Shown here: positions 1 through 12,319 of the stretch, in pieces | How the letters are laid out: the number at the start of each line of letters is the position of its first letter | Numbering within the stretch: position 1 is the stretch's first letter | Origin: Intoshia linei | Taxonomy: Eukaryota > Animalia > Orthonectida | Reading direction: 5' to 3' | Length of the DNA stretch: 41,327 nt | NCBI GenBank assembly: GCA_001642005.1 | Contig: LWCA01000195.1 | Coordinates: forward strand, 1-41,327 | The notes under the pieces: model-generated | Database searches by the model: none | Told to the model about the DNA's origin: nothing | Seen by the model: the letters and a program-made list of their open reading frames with translations, nothing else | Made by a program: the position numbers and the translations under genes

Positions 1-442
1 ATGATGACTGGGATTGTATATAAAGATGGAAAACAATATAAATGTTTAAAAGATTGAGATCAGCCATAGAGAGATCTTGGAATTCCATTGACCCCAACCC
101 AAGGTTAATACCTTAATTGCAAGTATGCCTTCTATAATTTTTGAAGTTATTACAAATAAAGGTGGAAGAACTCATTATTAAAGTTATAAAATTATGTTTT
201 AAATAAATTATTGTACTAATTAAATAAAGTATTTTGCTGTAAATTAGAAAGCGTTAGAGCACTTTTGTCGCATATTTTTTTCATTTTCAAATTATAAAAA
301 AAGTATACATAATTACACAATTTAAAATTCGGGGCAATAACTGATATACCATATTGTTTTAGTATTCAAAAAATTAGTAATTTATTTTAGTTCTTCTTAC
401 ATTTCAATATAATACAGGTGCTCTAAGATTTTGTCGGGGGTG
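1..442 (+). mobile_element. 3' end of a decayed Tc1/Tc3-like DNA transposon (frameshifted transposase C-terminus 1-181, putative right terminus at 442)
   Basis: Stitching frames gives IVYKDGKQYKCLKD/LRSAIERSWNSIDP/VNTLIASMPSIIFEVITNKGGRTHY* (TAA 179-181), which resembles the Tc1/Tc3 C-terminus. The end GGTGCTCTAAGATTTTGTCGGGGGTG|TA resembles the right end of the element ending at 6851. Confidence 0.75.
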
Positions 443-1085
443 TACCTTTTTTTTTAATTAAAATAAGTCCCAGAATTCTAATTATATTTAATTTTATAAT
501 TTTAATAACCTGTGGGCAGTGAATCCATAATACATTTTTTCCTCTTTACAATTAAATTTTGTGACATTATTTTGCCTATAAATTTAAATGATTAATGTAT
601 ATTGAATATTATACAGTCATTACCTTGATAATACACCCTCTTATCAGCGAAAAATGAATTTTAACTACAAAAACTCATTTACTGACTCTTATGATGACAG
701 CCCTGTAAAAAACGTAAATAGTGTTAAATAAATTTATTTTTGCACTTTATGTTGGTACAATGTATTTAATGTTTTAAACATGTAGAATCTACATTGTAGA
801 TTGGAAATAAAGCTAAGGCAGCTAAAATCGCACGACCTGTTTGTTATCAAGTGGACAGTCATTTTGAATTTGCCAATGTGAACAAATATGCATTATAATT
901 TGAATTATGATGTTAATAATCGTTTTATTTTATTTGTATGCTCTTTTCTCTCGTAACTACAAAATGCATCAAGATTTTATTTACGTTATAAAAGCAAAAT
1001 TTTTCTTAGTGTTATGAAATGGAGTATACACATTAGGTTTATTAAACTAAAACTATTATTTACACATTTCAAACACCAGATGCTA

Positions 1086-1120
1086 ATATACATATATATA
1101 TATATNATATATATATATAT
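1086..1120. repeat. (TA)n microsatellite containing an ambiguous base
   Basis: Read directly; one n inside the tract. Confidence 0.9.
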
Positions 1121-1578
1121 TTAAAGATATAAAAACCATTATTCTCGTTTTCCAATACATTTCCAGACAACGCAAAGGAATATCCCTCATCATTAACCAC
1201 TGTGCCATATAAAAATTGGTATAAATGTAGCAATGTAAAATCGTGCATTGAAATCAGCTCAGTTAATCAAGTCCAAAAAAAATAAACTAATGACACTAAC
1301 GATTAGTAAAACTTTAATTCGTTTATCGACAATATCCTCCAATTTATTAGGTGTGGATTTGCCTATGGTCATTTGTCAATTTTTAATCGAAAACAATAAA
1401 AATTAAGCCTAAGGAAATAACACAAAACTGTGACAAATTATAAACTAAAATTAAATGTAAAATAAATTTTTAAATTGAAAACATTTGTGTTTATAAATAA
1501 ATTCGTATATGCTATAACGACAGATTACACGTGTAATTGCTCTTTATTTAGTTATACAGATATATTTTAATTCGAGGA

Positions 1579-2850
1579 ATGAACATATTTAGGCTAGTCG
1601 GTGACATGTCACATTTGCTGGCAATATTATTGTTATTATTCAAAATATTTAAAAGTCGCTCTGTAGCAGGTTCACATTATCTGTTTTTAATTACAATATT
1701 TAGGACTATCCGGAAACTGCCAGTTAATGTTTCTGATAGTTTTTGTTACGCGGTACCTTGATATTTTTACAAATTTTGTCTCAATTTATAATTCCTCAAT
1801 GAAAATTGTATTTATCGTATCACTTGGTGTAACTGTTTTTGCAATATATCGAAAATTTCGATCAACATATAATGTAAATCATGATACGTTCCGATCCGAA
1901 ATTTTGAGTACTGTGTATTTAAATTTAAATATAGTCTTATATAGTTATTTGTTCTGCTGGACTAGCTTTCTTGGTCAATTACAAATTTTCATTTTTTGAG
2001 GTAACTTTTAAAAGGTATATACAAGATTAAGACGACATGTTGACTCTTTAGAAATGCTGAAAATTATATCATTTTTTGATGTCCTGTATTTACATATTTT
2101 ATGTTCCATAAAATGGAGAGTATTCTAAGAATACACTTTCAGTAAATTGAGTCATTGGATTGATGTTAAATTACATTAATTGTAATTAAGGCTATAAAAA
2201 AATGGATTAAATTAGAAAAAATTCAAGTAATCGAAACTACTTTCACTGTTTTCTGATTTTTGTTTAAATTTTTCTTTGTGTAATGGGTTTTAGCCTTGAA
2301 AAGTTGAATTCAACTCATTGGACATTGATAGGTTTTTTCAGAGGTCAGCTTTGGATGCAAATTCGGTTATTTTAACAAAAATGTATTTTTTCTTACAAGC
2401 GATCATTTTTTATAGATCCAAAAATTGGAAGGGATTTTTTTTCCAATTGATTCCTTTATCATTTATTATAATATAACATTTAGATACTATGGACTTTTTC
2501 TATATACCTCGAAAGTGTAGCTATTTTACCACAGTTATTCATGATTACGAAAACAGGCGAAGCTGAAACTATCACTAGTCATTATTTGTTTGCTCTCGGG
2601 TCTTATCGAGCATTGTATCTAATTAACTGGGTTTGGCGTTTTATTTCTGAAGGACATTTTGATATTATTGTTGTTGTTGCAGGAATTGTACAAACTTTGC
2701 TATATGCCGACTTTTTCTATCTTTATGTAACCAAAGGTATTTTTTGTCTTATTTTAAAGTACATTTTATATTAATACTATTTTGATAAAGATTTAATATT
2801 AAAATCGAATTTTAGTAATACAAGGTAAAAAATTAGCTTTGCCTGCCTAA
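1579..2850 (+). CDS. KDELR: ER lumen protein-retaining receptor (KDEL receptor/ERD2), 5 exons, 212 aa
   Basis: Exons 1579-1669, 1704-1907, 1945-2000, 2484-2736, 2816-2850, all GT-AG, total 639 nt. Protein [16 protein letters not shown]...[45 protein letters not shown]...GKKLALPA* carries the family hallmark motifs. Confidence 0.97.
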
Positions 2851-2897
2851 ATGATCTACTTATTACGTTTATAAATTGTTTTAAATTGAATACATTT

Positions 2898-5800
2898 TCA
2901 TATTTCTATTTTGTTTATGGATAATCTAAATTCATGTTACTATTGCAGTTAATTGTTTACTTTTCTACTATTCCAGATTCACTCCATTTAGTTGGTCCAT
3001 ATTTTTTGTATTGTTGTAGACCCGATCTAAAAAATAAAAATGATAATATATTCATTCGCAATTGTGATCTAAGAGAGTTTCAAAAAAACATTTTTTTGTT
3101 AAATTTATGAGATGATTTTCGAGGATTTATTTACATCAATTCACTATAAAAGTACTGAATTTTATATGGAAATTTAATTAAATTAGTGGAATATGTTTGT
3201 TTAGTTATTCTACTACGAAAAATTACAATGCAATCATAACTCCACTATCTATGGAATAATTTTTATTGAATTCAAACACTACTGAACAGTTGTCCTTGGC
3301 CATTGATGTCATCATATCTTGTAATCGTTTATTTTCTAAGAAAATTAATTATTTTTATTTTTTTGGATTAAATTTTAATTTAAAAATACCTGATATTTGT
3401 CCTATTATTAAGATTTGATTGGCTTGTGCATCTAACATAGCTTTTTCTAAATAATAATGAAAAGGTGTGATATGATTAGGTTGAATAATTTAAAATTGAA
3501 TATACAGAATGTAAAGGATACATTTAAATCGGATAACCTATTACCTGTAATTTCCACAATTATCGATAATACAGCTTCTTGGAATGATAAGCAAATATCC
3601 TCAATCTTTATGGATGCATTATTAATCAGGTTCTGAAATTATTAATGAACCCATAAAATAAATAAAATTGAATACATGGTAATTATTATATTATTAATAT
3701 AATTGGAATTTATCGTTTTCCATAGGGTACAAATTCCTTTTCCTTCACTTGTATAAAATTGAATGTCTGTGTGCTACAATTTACAGTTTGTTAATTAAAA
3801 AACTAAGAGTCTTAGAATTTAAAAAATCCAATTTCTAATACAGTTTTCTAGAGTGAAGTTTTATCGAAAATGTTAATTTCAGCAATTGAGTCCTACATGG
3901 TCAAAAACCCAATTAACAATTTTTTTTGATTCAACAATTAAAATCAGCCCTAGAATTAACTGAAAATGTATGTCTGTCAGTTTGTCAGAAATGTAGTTTT
4001 AAAAACACCAATTAGCAATACAGAGCTATTCTAATAGTGTTTACTACATACTGGATAGTTTTATCTAGTAAATAATGAAGTTTTATCACAAATTTGATTT
4101 TCAGTAATTGAGTCCAGGGCAAAAAACCAACTTATTCTTTTTGTAAATAAAATGAGTCCTATAAATTTACAAAACATTAATTCTGGAACGCGTTTTAAAA
4201 GCATTAACACTATCGTTAATCTCAACCTAAGAAACTTAAAACTTAATGGTCCAAACCACAAATGACCCTTTTATTTACCAATCAAATTAAAAATCAAAAG
4301 TCTTAGAATTTAAAAAAATCACAGTTATTTCCAGTTAGCCTGTACAAAAAATTAAATCTCACAAATTGACGTTTTTACGGGCAAAAAAGCACTTTAGCAT
4401 TACATTTTTTATTTGATTCCTATATTATTAAAGCAAAAAATATTCAATAAATACCCGTAATAGTCCTAGAATTAAAAAAGATCTGGGTCACATGAATTTT
4501 CCAAAAAATGTGAAAAATTATTGTATTGCCAGAAATAATAAATAAATGAGTTATTAATTTGTTTTACGTAGTTACAATGAAGCATAATCTATTTTAATAT
4601 ATTTTACGTAGATCCAATAACTTTTAAGCTAAGTTTAAAAACTGATTAAAATTGTAATAATTATGTAATTTTTGAAATCACCTTAATACCTTCATTTTAA
4701 AAATACTTTTAAAACTTATTAGTCTACAATTTGAATTATATTACAAATTTAAATTAATAATTCATAAAAAATATCATGGATACTAATAATTTCAAATATT
4801 CTTTTTGAGTATAAATTAATTTATCCATATTATCAATCACAAAATGAAATCACGAGATATGATAAATTGGAATACAATTTTTTGTATGAATGAATCTTTC
4901 GATAATACAATGTGGAAATTACAGAGATTCCAAAATTCTCAAACGTTCAACTGTGAGAACGTATACATGTAGAAATAATAACTGCAACTGCAAAGTACGT
5001 TCAATAACGACACTAACTTCGACTATATCATAGGAATGTAATAATGACATAAATTAGTTAAATATATTTCGTAATTGATTTAATTGTACTTCCATTTTCG
5101 AAACAGTCAAATTGTAAATAAAACTACTTAATTTTTTCATTACATAAAAATTTCCTCGATTTGTAAAAATTTTCAACATGTTAATTTTGTGTTTAACCCA
5201 TTGGACTAACCCGATTGTCAGACTTTTAAATTAAATATAAAATCCTAAATAGACCTTAATTTAATTAATACATAATGAATCTAGATATCTTGTTCATTAT
5301 CGACAATAAAGGTGATTTTTAAATTTCGAACAAATTTGTGAAACGGTTTAAATTATCCAAAAAAGAACAAACTATTATAATTTTTTAAGTGGCTAACGTA
5401 CTTAACAAAAATTCCATTCCTTAAAAAATTGTTTTGGTTGCGACAATACATTAAATTTAATAAAAACAGATTTATTTATAAATAACAATATTTACTCTTT
5501 CAAATATTTTGAGCACTTTCACTTTCATTACTTTCAAAAAAATTTTTTGCAATATAGGTAATTAATATTATTCTTTTTATAAATTTCAACTAGATGCGTC
5601 AAATAAATATTCAAAAGCGCGAATTAGTTGTCACATATTTCAATAGAGGGTATACCCAAGTAAAAATTGCTAGAGAGCTTTCCGTATCCAGACGTGCAGT
5701 TCAAGAAATAATTAAAAAGCACCAAAAAGGTCTACCTCTAATTAATCGATTTAAAAATGGAAGACCAAGAAAAATGTCAGTCAGGGAGGATCGTTTATTA

Positions 5801-8800
5801 GAAATTAAAGCAAAATCAAACTTTTCTTGACTGCTAATGAGCTGCGAAATTCGATACCATCGGGTTCACAAGTTAGTCTCGGTACTGTTAAACGTTCTCA
5901 AAGACGTAGCGGTTTATTTTGACGCATTGCAGTGAAAAAGCCTTATCTGACAACCTTGCACAAGAGAAAGAGATTGAAGTGGTGCCAAAACCGTCGAGTC
6001 TGGTCTGAGCATGATTGGAATTTTGTCGTTTATAGCGATGAAACCAAGATAAATCTAAACTTTAGAGCCAGGAGGTATATAAGACGGCGAAAAAATACTA
6101 GATATAGATTTTCATATGTCCACCCCACTGTCATTCTCTCCATTTTATATGATCTGGGGTGCGATTATGCAGAACGGAAAGAGATTGCTTGTTCGATACT
6201 TTAATCGCGTTAATTTGCATGAATATTGTAATATTCTGAAACGTTATATGTGCGAAATGCATGAGACAAGATATATTCTACAACAAGATGGTGCTTCGTC
6301 TCATACATCACGATTAACGAGTCAATGGATACAAAGTCAACATCTAAATATGCTACCAAATTGGCCGCCACAGAGTCCAGATTTAAATATAATTGAAAAT
6401 CTTTGGAGTGAATTGAAGAAAAGGATGCGTCAACGATCTCAAAATTTGGAGTCACTATGGAGAATAACAAAGGAAGAATTCTATAAAATACCTAACGATT
6501 ATATCCAAAATCTTTATGAGTCTATTCCGAGAAGATTAGATGACGTATTTTCAGTAAATGGCGGAAATACCAAGTACTGACATTATTAAACCTTTTTAAA
6601 TTTAATTTATTTAATTATGTCCTTTTATCATAAAATTAATCACGGGTGCTATAAACATATGAACGACTAAAATTATTACAATTTAATATCATAATTGTCA
6701 TATCTAATAATTATCTAACAGTCTTGAAATTTAATTCATAACTTCCGATCATATTTACATTCCCTGAAATATAAAATAAATTAAACAAAAACACTTATTA
6801 ATAAAATAATTAACGATTTTATAAGGTGCTCAAAACATATGGACGGGTCTGTAGCTTAAAATTAAATGGACACCCATAAATAAATAATTATTAATTTATA
6901 ATGTTAATAAAAAACTACAAACCTGTAAACTGCACAGTGTTCCAGATAAATAAAAATAAAAACCATTTATCATGTATGGCAATAAAATTAAATCTGTCCC
7001 TTTTTTAGAAAGTTCTTCAATGGTTGCACCAAGATATTCTTCTTTATCGTAAAATTTTAGATATTTTGACATTTTCAAGTAAGCTTCTTCTATACTAATA
7101 TCCAAAGAAGATCCTATAATTTTGTATTTATCATCTTTTTTAACCATTATCTATAATTTGAATCAATATATAGTTATTTTAACGCAATATAAAATAATGT
7201 ACAATTGTACGTTTAGAAGGGAAACGATAAATAAGTCAATTTTTATAATAAAAAAATTATATATTATGAACATTTTTTACCAAACTGTCCATCCGGAATT
7301 TTCAGATTATTTTTTTAAAGATTTTGTATAGATTAAAGATAGGTTTTTTTTATTTATTTGATTACTTTGAAAATTCCTTGTAATGTTTGGTAAAAAATGT
7401 TCATAATATATAATTTTGATATTATGAAAATTAATACTTATTTAGTCTTAATCTAAAAAGTCCCTTCAAGGGTTAGATTAAAAAAAATCTTAAAATCCCC
7501 TTTAAGGTTTACTAAAAAAATAATGTGAAAATTCCTTTTTGACAGTATAGTAAAAAATATGTTAATAATATATAATTTCATATTATAAAAATTGAGACTT
7601 ATTTACTAAAATCGTTTAGAATCTCTATATAAAATAATAATTAACATAAAATGCAATATACAATGTAGTCTACATATATTCAACTTGTATTTATACCTGT
7701 GAGAATTTTCCACACAGATAAACAACCACGCAATTTTCAACTTTGCTGTAAAATTCACTTGCTTTTATGTCTAAAAATTATTTATAAGGTTCTTACTATA
7801 ATTTACGAGCATAAGCGTGGTTTACAACAACAATTGGTTTATTCCACATTTGAGCCAGCATTCTCATTACTACTGCTAAATCACTAAGACAAGATACAGT
7901 GCCAGGTCCTAAGATATCATTTTTTGTAAATTATATCCTTAGTTATATAATAAGTTAGCAATATTTGTTTGTGTGTGTATGTGTGTGTTACCGTTTATTT
8001 CAATAAATACCAGTCTTAGAATTTTATAAAGTCCACATTTCAATTACAGTTTTTTCCGGGTGTTAGCAAAATAAATTTCAACCGCCCAAACTAACATCTT
8101 ACGGGTTAAAAAGCCCAGTTGTCCTTTTTTTTTGAAAATGACAAAATAGGTTTTTATAATTTTATTTTTTCAGAATTTGTTATTTATGACAATTTTTAGG
8201 ATTGGACTGTTTTTTAATATTATACACACATTATGTCTAATAAGTTAAAAAAATGGGATAACAATTATTTACAAAGAACAGATGAAAAGGTACATGTATA
8301 ATTATTGACGCAATAGTGACAAAAATACCGTTGGAAAAACAAATGATATCTATATCTTGATATTGTAGATTTGATTCAGTCAAGCACTGTCTAATTAAAG
8401 GCAAAACATTTTTACGATGGTGAGTTGCGATAAAGTATGGATAATAATCTATTTAATTTAATATAATAATATAAATAAAGTATATTACAGGTTGATCCAA
8501 TAATCCAACTTGTTTATATTAATCAGACATATTTAGGTTAGCATATACTGACATACCCACATGTTTTACGTGTCGTGTCAAGTTAGAATAGGATCCAAAA
8601 TTTAAAAAAATTTGAAACCCTGAGAATCTTATAAGTTAGAAGCAATATATAATAATGTACTATGTAGTATGTAGTATGTAAAAAAAATAAAAATAATTCA
8701 AAACCAAATATAATAAAATAATTTTTTTTAATTATTACCACTCTATATTGAGTCAGTTACTGCATATTATATTCAATTTAGTGTTTATTATACAGTAGTC

Positions 8801-9879
8801 CAATTCCTGATGAACGAATTATTTAAATTCTAAATTACAAAAATGCTGTTAATTTATGTGGGTTTTGATGATTTAATCACATAATTAATATACTGCTTTA
8901 CTTACACTGTGTCAGTCACAGAAAATTAAATATCTGTCTTTCTGTGTGTGTTACTGTTTAATTATAAAATAAAATCCTACAATTTAAAAAATTCCAATTT
9001 CTAATAGTTTTTCGAAGATCATATTTTATCGCAAATTTCATTTTCTAAAATTGAATTCGTCAGGGTCAAAAACTGAAATTACCCTTTTTTTAAAATAAAA
9101 TGATTCCTAGAATGCGTTTTAAAATCATTATATAGTAATTGTAAATTAATGAATGTATTTTGTGGCATCTATACATGCAATTGTGATGTAAGGATAAAAA
9201 ATAAAATTAAATGTAAATAATTTACTTTAAATTAAAAGGCAATGTCAAATGACCGGTCCATGGTGAAAAAAGTGTGGGAACAACTTCTCAAAGGATTGGT
9301 AATAATGAATAGTAACATTTTCTTGAATTTATTTTTTGGTAGAATTAAAACAATTCGCCATCAGTAAAGCTAGATGCTGTTTGTACGAAGTACATAACAG
9401 TCAAGCTAGTATTATATAATACGCAATATTATAGCAAATGAAACTTTTAAATCTTTATTTGAGTCGTAAACATATATTTTAAGCTTAAATTGCATTTAAA
9501 AATTTTGCAGAAAAACGTAAATCAAAATTTCTCTTAATTTTTATCAAAATTGAAGATAGTCAGGTTACTACTACTATATGGCTTTTCACATGGAATTACC
9601 CATAGATAATAAAATCTAAATTTTTATCTTTTTTCATTATTTTTAGTTGTAAATTTTTATCAAATTGTTGAAGAAATGACTTGAAATATATGTTGATAAA
9701 ATCAAAATATTATTCAACTTCTGACCTTATTTGGACCATCCTGGTGTATATAAGACAATTATACCTTGATAATCAGGACTTTCAAAATACTTGCTTTTAT
9801 TAATTAAAACTTTATTGTCGTCTATGATTCCTACAGATAAAAGATATCCATATCCTTCAATTCCAAGTGAAATCACCAT
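2898..9879 (-). CDS. OSGEP: Divergent OSGEP/Kae1-like protein (tRNA N6-adenosine threonylcarbamoyltransferase family), 10 exons, 328 aa
   Basis: Exons in transcription order: 9765-9879, 8329-8448, 7807-7908, 7697-7770, 6923-7150, 3545-3632, 3390-3446, 3227-3335, 2961-3026, 2898-2925. All GT-AG and phase-compatible, total 987 nt. Translation MVISLGIEG...ATHHRKNVLPLI...QDIDIICFSNGPG...LAQMWNKPIVVVNHAYAHI...LPYMING...EDICLSFQE...VEITEKAM...NKRLQDMM...SIDSGVMIA is collinear with eukaryotic OSGEP. Orthology versus paralogy is unresolved. Confidence 0.9.
3805..4480 (+). repeat. Internal fragments of the dispersed Helitron-like family in OSGEP-like intron 5
   Basis: Shares blocks such as TCTTAGAATTTAAAAAATCCAATTTCTAATACAGTTTT and GGGCAAAAAAGCACTTTAG with about 8975-9120, 10530-10900 and 35140-35330. 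No termini seen. Confidence 0.6.
5495..6851 (+). mobile_element. Tc1-like DNA transposon (DD35E spacing), decayed, in OSGEP-like intron 5; left outer end not found
   Basis: Right end GGTGCTCAAAACATATGGACGGGTCTG|TA. Inner direct repeat GGTGCTATAAACATATGAACG near 6645. Inverted copy CAAATATTTTGAGCAC at 5501. Encloses the transposase pseudogene. Confidence 0.8.
5594..6580 (+). pseudogene. Tc1-family transposase pseudogene
   Basis: HTH region with GRPRK, then KKPYL, YSDETK, MIWGAI, QQDGASSH and WPPQSPDLNIIENLW. Broken by frameshifts near 5825 and 6130 and an in-frame TGA near 5920. Confidence 0.93.
7936..8270 (+). mobile_element. Non-autonomous Helitron-like element, 5' part (internally deleted, no 3' end)
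   Basis: Starts A|TCCT followed by a GT-rich microsatellite, like the copy at 10439. About 8140-8270 closely matches 11505-11650. Confidence 0.7.
8488..9743. mobile_element. Possible old mariner/maT-type non-autonomous element filling OSGEP-like intron 1
   Basis: Imperfect inverted ends TA|CAGGTTGATCCAATAA and (reverse complement) CAGGATGGTCCAAATAA. The right-hand TA is not flush. Confidence 0.35.
8930..9409 (+). mobile_element. Helitron-like element, 3' part with hairpin and CTAG|T end
   Basis: Hairpin CTGTTTGTACGAAGTACATAACAG followed by TCAAGCTAG|T, nearly identical to the end at 11903. Confidence 0.75.
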
Positions 9880-10049
9880 TTATTGTTTTCTAATTGTAAT
9901 AAAGTTTTTGGTATTTTTATTAGTCATTATTATTTACTTGATGCTTTTATTCAAATCTATTTAAATAATTTTTGTTAATCAACATTTGAACATTAAAACT
10001 ATGCGTGTTGTAACATTTGAAATTAGTTAGCATTTCTATATATATAGGG

Positions 10050-10236
10050 TGTCACACCTATCTAAGAATCAAGATAATTAGAACAAGTCTAAGATTAGTT
10101 AAATTAAAACAATTAAGAAAGAACTTACCCTTCGGGTTCGTGGAACTCAACAAACTCGTATGTAAAGTGAAAATTCGCACTAGGCATGTCTAGCTATTCT
10201 TCACTATCTATTATTTCAAAATGGGTACATGTGACA
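10050..10236 (+). mobile_element. Solo-LTR-like element
   Basis: Bounded by TGTCACA...TGTGACA. The first ~35 nt recur at 40826. No target-site duplication seen. Confidence 0.4.
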
Positions 10237-10438
10237 GATTTTTCATATACAATATTTTCTGTCCACAGTAGTACACCAGATTTGAGACTGGACATTGTTT
10301 TCATATTAGATAAAGCGATCAGAATAAAAACGTGCTATTCGTCTATATATACATCATATAGTACTTTATATTAGAGAATGTTTAGCCATAGAACTAGATT
10401 TAATTTTTATAATAAAAATTTTCATACCTTGATATGTA

Positions 10439-11903
10439 TCCTAACTTAAATAATATGCTACGCGATTTTTGTTTGTGTGTATGTGTGCGTCTGTCTGTGT
10501 GTGTTACGCTTTATTTAAATAACTACGCGTCTTAAATTTTTTTAAAGACCACTATTCAATTACAGTTTTTTCCGGGACGTATATTAAGATACATTTCAAC
10601 CTCCCAATTTCACATCTTACGGGTCAAAAACCCCAGTTGTCCCTCTTTTTGAAAATCAAACAAGTTGGAAAATTTAAAAAAATATATACAATGTTACGGA
10701 TTTTAAAATCATAAACATTACTATAAATTTAAATTTAAAAAAATGATATTTTCAGGGCCAAAACCACAAATTACCCTTATTTTTTAAATGAAAACAGCTC
10801 TAGAATTTTAAAAAATTTACAGGTGATACAGTTGTATCCTGTTAACACACACAGAAAATTTCAATCCGAATAAGTGACGACTTCACGGTAAAAAAAGCAT
10901 TTTAGTATTCATATATTTTTTTTCCGAAATATTTTATTAAAACAAAAAATGTGAAATACTTTACGGTCCGAAAATTAAAAAAAAAATTAGTCTGATAAAG
11001 CTTATTCCAGTTAATATAAATACCAAATTATAAATTATAAAACTAAATTTCAACCCCAGAAATCTACGCATTCATGGTGAAAAATAATTTTTAATATATT
11101 ATCAACTAATATTTTTCCGGTATTTCGATTAAAATCAAAAATTGAAAATGTAAATATTGATCCTACAATTTCAAATAAAGTGCAATTTGTAGATCTACAC
11201 ATTTCCAATGAAGACATATGGGTGAAAATCTATATAATTCATTCCTTCGGAATTTTTTAAATTACTACGCAATTTTTCATTTTCAAAACATTTTTATTGA
11301 AACATTCAAATTTAAATAAGAAACTACAACAACGAAACTAAAAAAACTTTTTTAATATTATTTTTATATTACAATCTTTTGCAATAATAGTAAAATTCGA
11401 CTGAAATTTTTATAAAGTGAAGATTCAGTTAATTATTAATACACAATTGGTATTTTTAAGTATTTATTAAATTGGTACTGAATATATGTTATCACATTAA
11501 TAATAACAAAATAGGTTTTTATAATTTTATTTTTTTTGGAATTTATGGTATTTATGACAATTTTTAGGATTGGACTGTTTTTACTTTATTTTTAATATTA
11601 TACACACATTCTGTCTAATAAATTAAAAAAATGGGATAACGATTGTTTTTAAAATTCTTTACGCAAATGTTAACAAACAAAAAATTAAGATGGAAATAAT
11701 TCACTTTAAAATAAAAAATTAATGTGATATGATGGTTCCACCTGAAATAAATTTGGGAACCACTCCTTTAAAGGATTGATAATACTAAATAGTAGGATTC
11801 TTAAGTTAGATTTTTAACATGAATTTATTTTTTTGGTATAATAAAAATGTGCCCTCGGCAGAGCTAGGTGCTGTTTGTACGTAGTACATAACAGTCAAGC
11901 TAG
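10439..11903 (+). mobile_element. Full-length non-autonomous Helitron-like element (~1.46 kb)
   Basis: Inserted between A and T. 5' TC, subterminal (GT/CTGT)n microsatellite, 3' hairpin CTGTTTGTACGTAGTACATAACAG and terminal CTAG. No TSD. Several partial copies elsewhere in the window. Confidence 0.85.
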
Positions 11904-11989
11904 TTTTCTATATAATTGACGGGCAGATATCGAATTCGTAAGTTGTAGAGATAAAAATATATATTTACAGAAAACAATACAGTATAGAA

Positions 11990-12319
11990 CAGGGGTATCA
12001 GACTCACTTTGCTTGGCGGGCAAATATAAAAAAAAATTATTACACAGGCTGCACAAAAAATATTTTTAGTAAAAAAATTATGTTAAAACGAACAGTTTTA
12101 ATTAATTTATAATAATTTTAATTCATAAAATGAAATATGAAACAATAATAATGGAATAAGTGTACAAATAATATTAAAATGGTAATCATGAATAAATAAA
12201 TCATGAAAATTATATAAAAAAAGAAATGTGTAAAAATTGTAATAAAAATAAATTATATTATATAGTATATTATAACGCGGGGTCACATTCCACAATTGGG
12301 CCGCATAATTGACTCCCTG
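11990..12319. mobile_element. hAT (Charlie/Buster-type) MITE
   Basis: TIRs CAGGGGTATCA and CAGGGAGTCAA (reverse complement). Perfect 8-bp TSD GTATAGAA. Confidence 0.88.

Noticed and set aside
3676-3773. AG/GT-bounded segment that looked like an extra OSGEP-like exon
   Set aside because: Phase-incompatible, and exons 5 and 6 already join collinearly with OSGEP.
6210-6470. 86-aa minus-strand ORF
   Set aside because: Antisense shadow of the transposase.
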